In this document: piece after piece, positions 63,508 through 64,000 of the stretch
How positions within the stretch are numbered: the first letter of the stretch is position 1
How the letters are laid out: every line of letters starts with the position of its first letter
Assembly (NCBI GenBank): GCA_047967505.1
Contig: CM106538.1
Origin: Dipteris shenzhenensis
Taxonomy: Eukaryota
Reading direction: 5' to 3' (one strand)
Length of the DNA stretch: 64,000 bases
Notes under the pieces: model-generated
What the model was told of the DNA's origin: nothing
Database searches by the model: none
Seen by the model: only the letters and a program-made list of their open reading frames with translations
Position numbers and translations under genes: made by a program

Positions 63508-63790
63508 TTCATGAGCCCTTATCCTACACATCCATATTATGGAATTTGGATGGGTGGACATGATACATTATTTCATGCCATAAAATGTATTTACTACGTG
63601 GAGTTATTGGGTGGAGACTTGGTAGGTCCCTTTTGCAAAAACCTCTGCTTCATGGGCCCTTGTCCTACCCATCCCTATTATGGACTGTGGATGCGTGGAC
63701 ATGATACATTATTTGATACCCTAAAATGTATTTATAATGTGGAATTACTTGGTGGAGACATGGTAGGTAACTTTTCCTAAAAACCTTCAA
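63508..63790. repeat. 141-bp tandem repeat, two diverged copies
   Basis: TTCATG.GCCCTT.TCCTAC.CATCC.TATTATGGA...GTGGACATGATACATTATTT recurs with period 141. Confidence 0.92.
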
Positions 63791-64000
63791 TTCATTAATG
63801 AACTGACCCTTTAAATGGAGAGATATGAATACTTCAAATTTCCACGTTGATACCAGGATGCCTATCTTGGTTTAATCGTACCAAACACCTCCACTTCATT
63901 AGCTCTTGATTAGATTTTCAAATGAATCCAATTTTATATAAATGAAGAACTAATACTAGTTTAAAACTTACCCTTAAAAATCACATTTTCTTTCATGATT

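Noticed and set aside
63511-63780. 89-aa ORF with an internal 47-aa repeat
   Set aside because: Follows from a 141-bp (3n) tandem repeat; no known domain or splice context.

Overview
Eukaryotic, transposon-dominated land-plant DNA with GT-AG introns. A large-genome seed-free plant such as a fern is my inference from intron size and TE types. Two host genes are supported. The first is the last two exons of an Alba-domain gene (+, 11445-11509 and 11829-11921); its upstream intron (>11 kb) holds a nest of minus-strand LINEs and a very young gag-only LTR element (TR-GAG type, 5788-8232; 290-bp LTRs differing at one base, GGATC TSD). The second is a complete 7-exon WDR46/UTP7 (BING4) gene (+, 49407-54401, 516 aa). 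The rest is mostly decayed Copia, Athila-like Gypsy and Mutator-like elements plus many local tandem duplications. The most unusual feature is at 28704-29749: a frameshifted gene for a bacterial-type beta-class amino (N6-adenine/N4-cytosine) DNA methyltransferase that carries a spliceosomal intron. It appears to ride in a mobile element whose right end abuts a truncated Gypsy protease at 30415. Boundaries of decayed elements are approximate and read by eye; no database searches were run.
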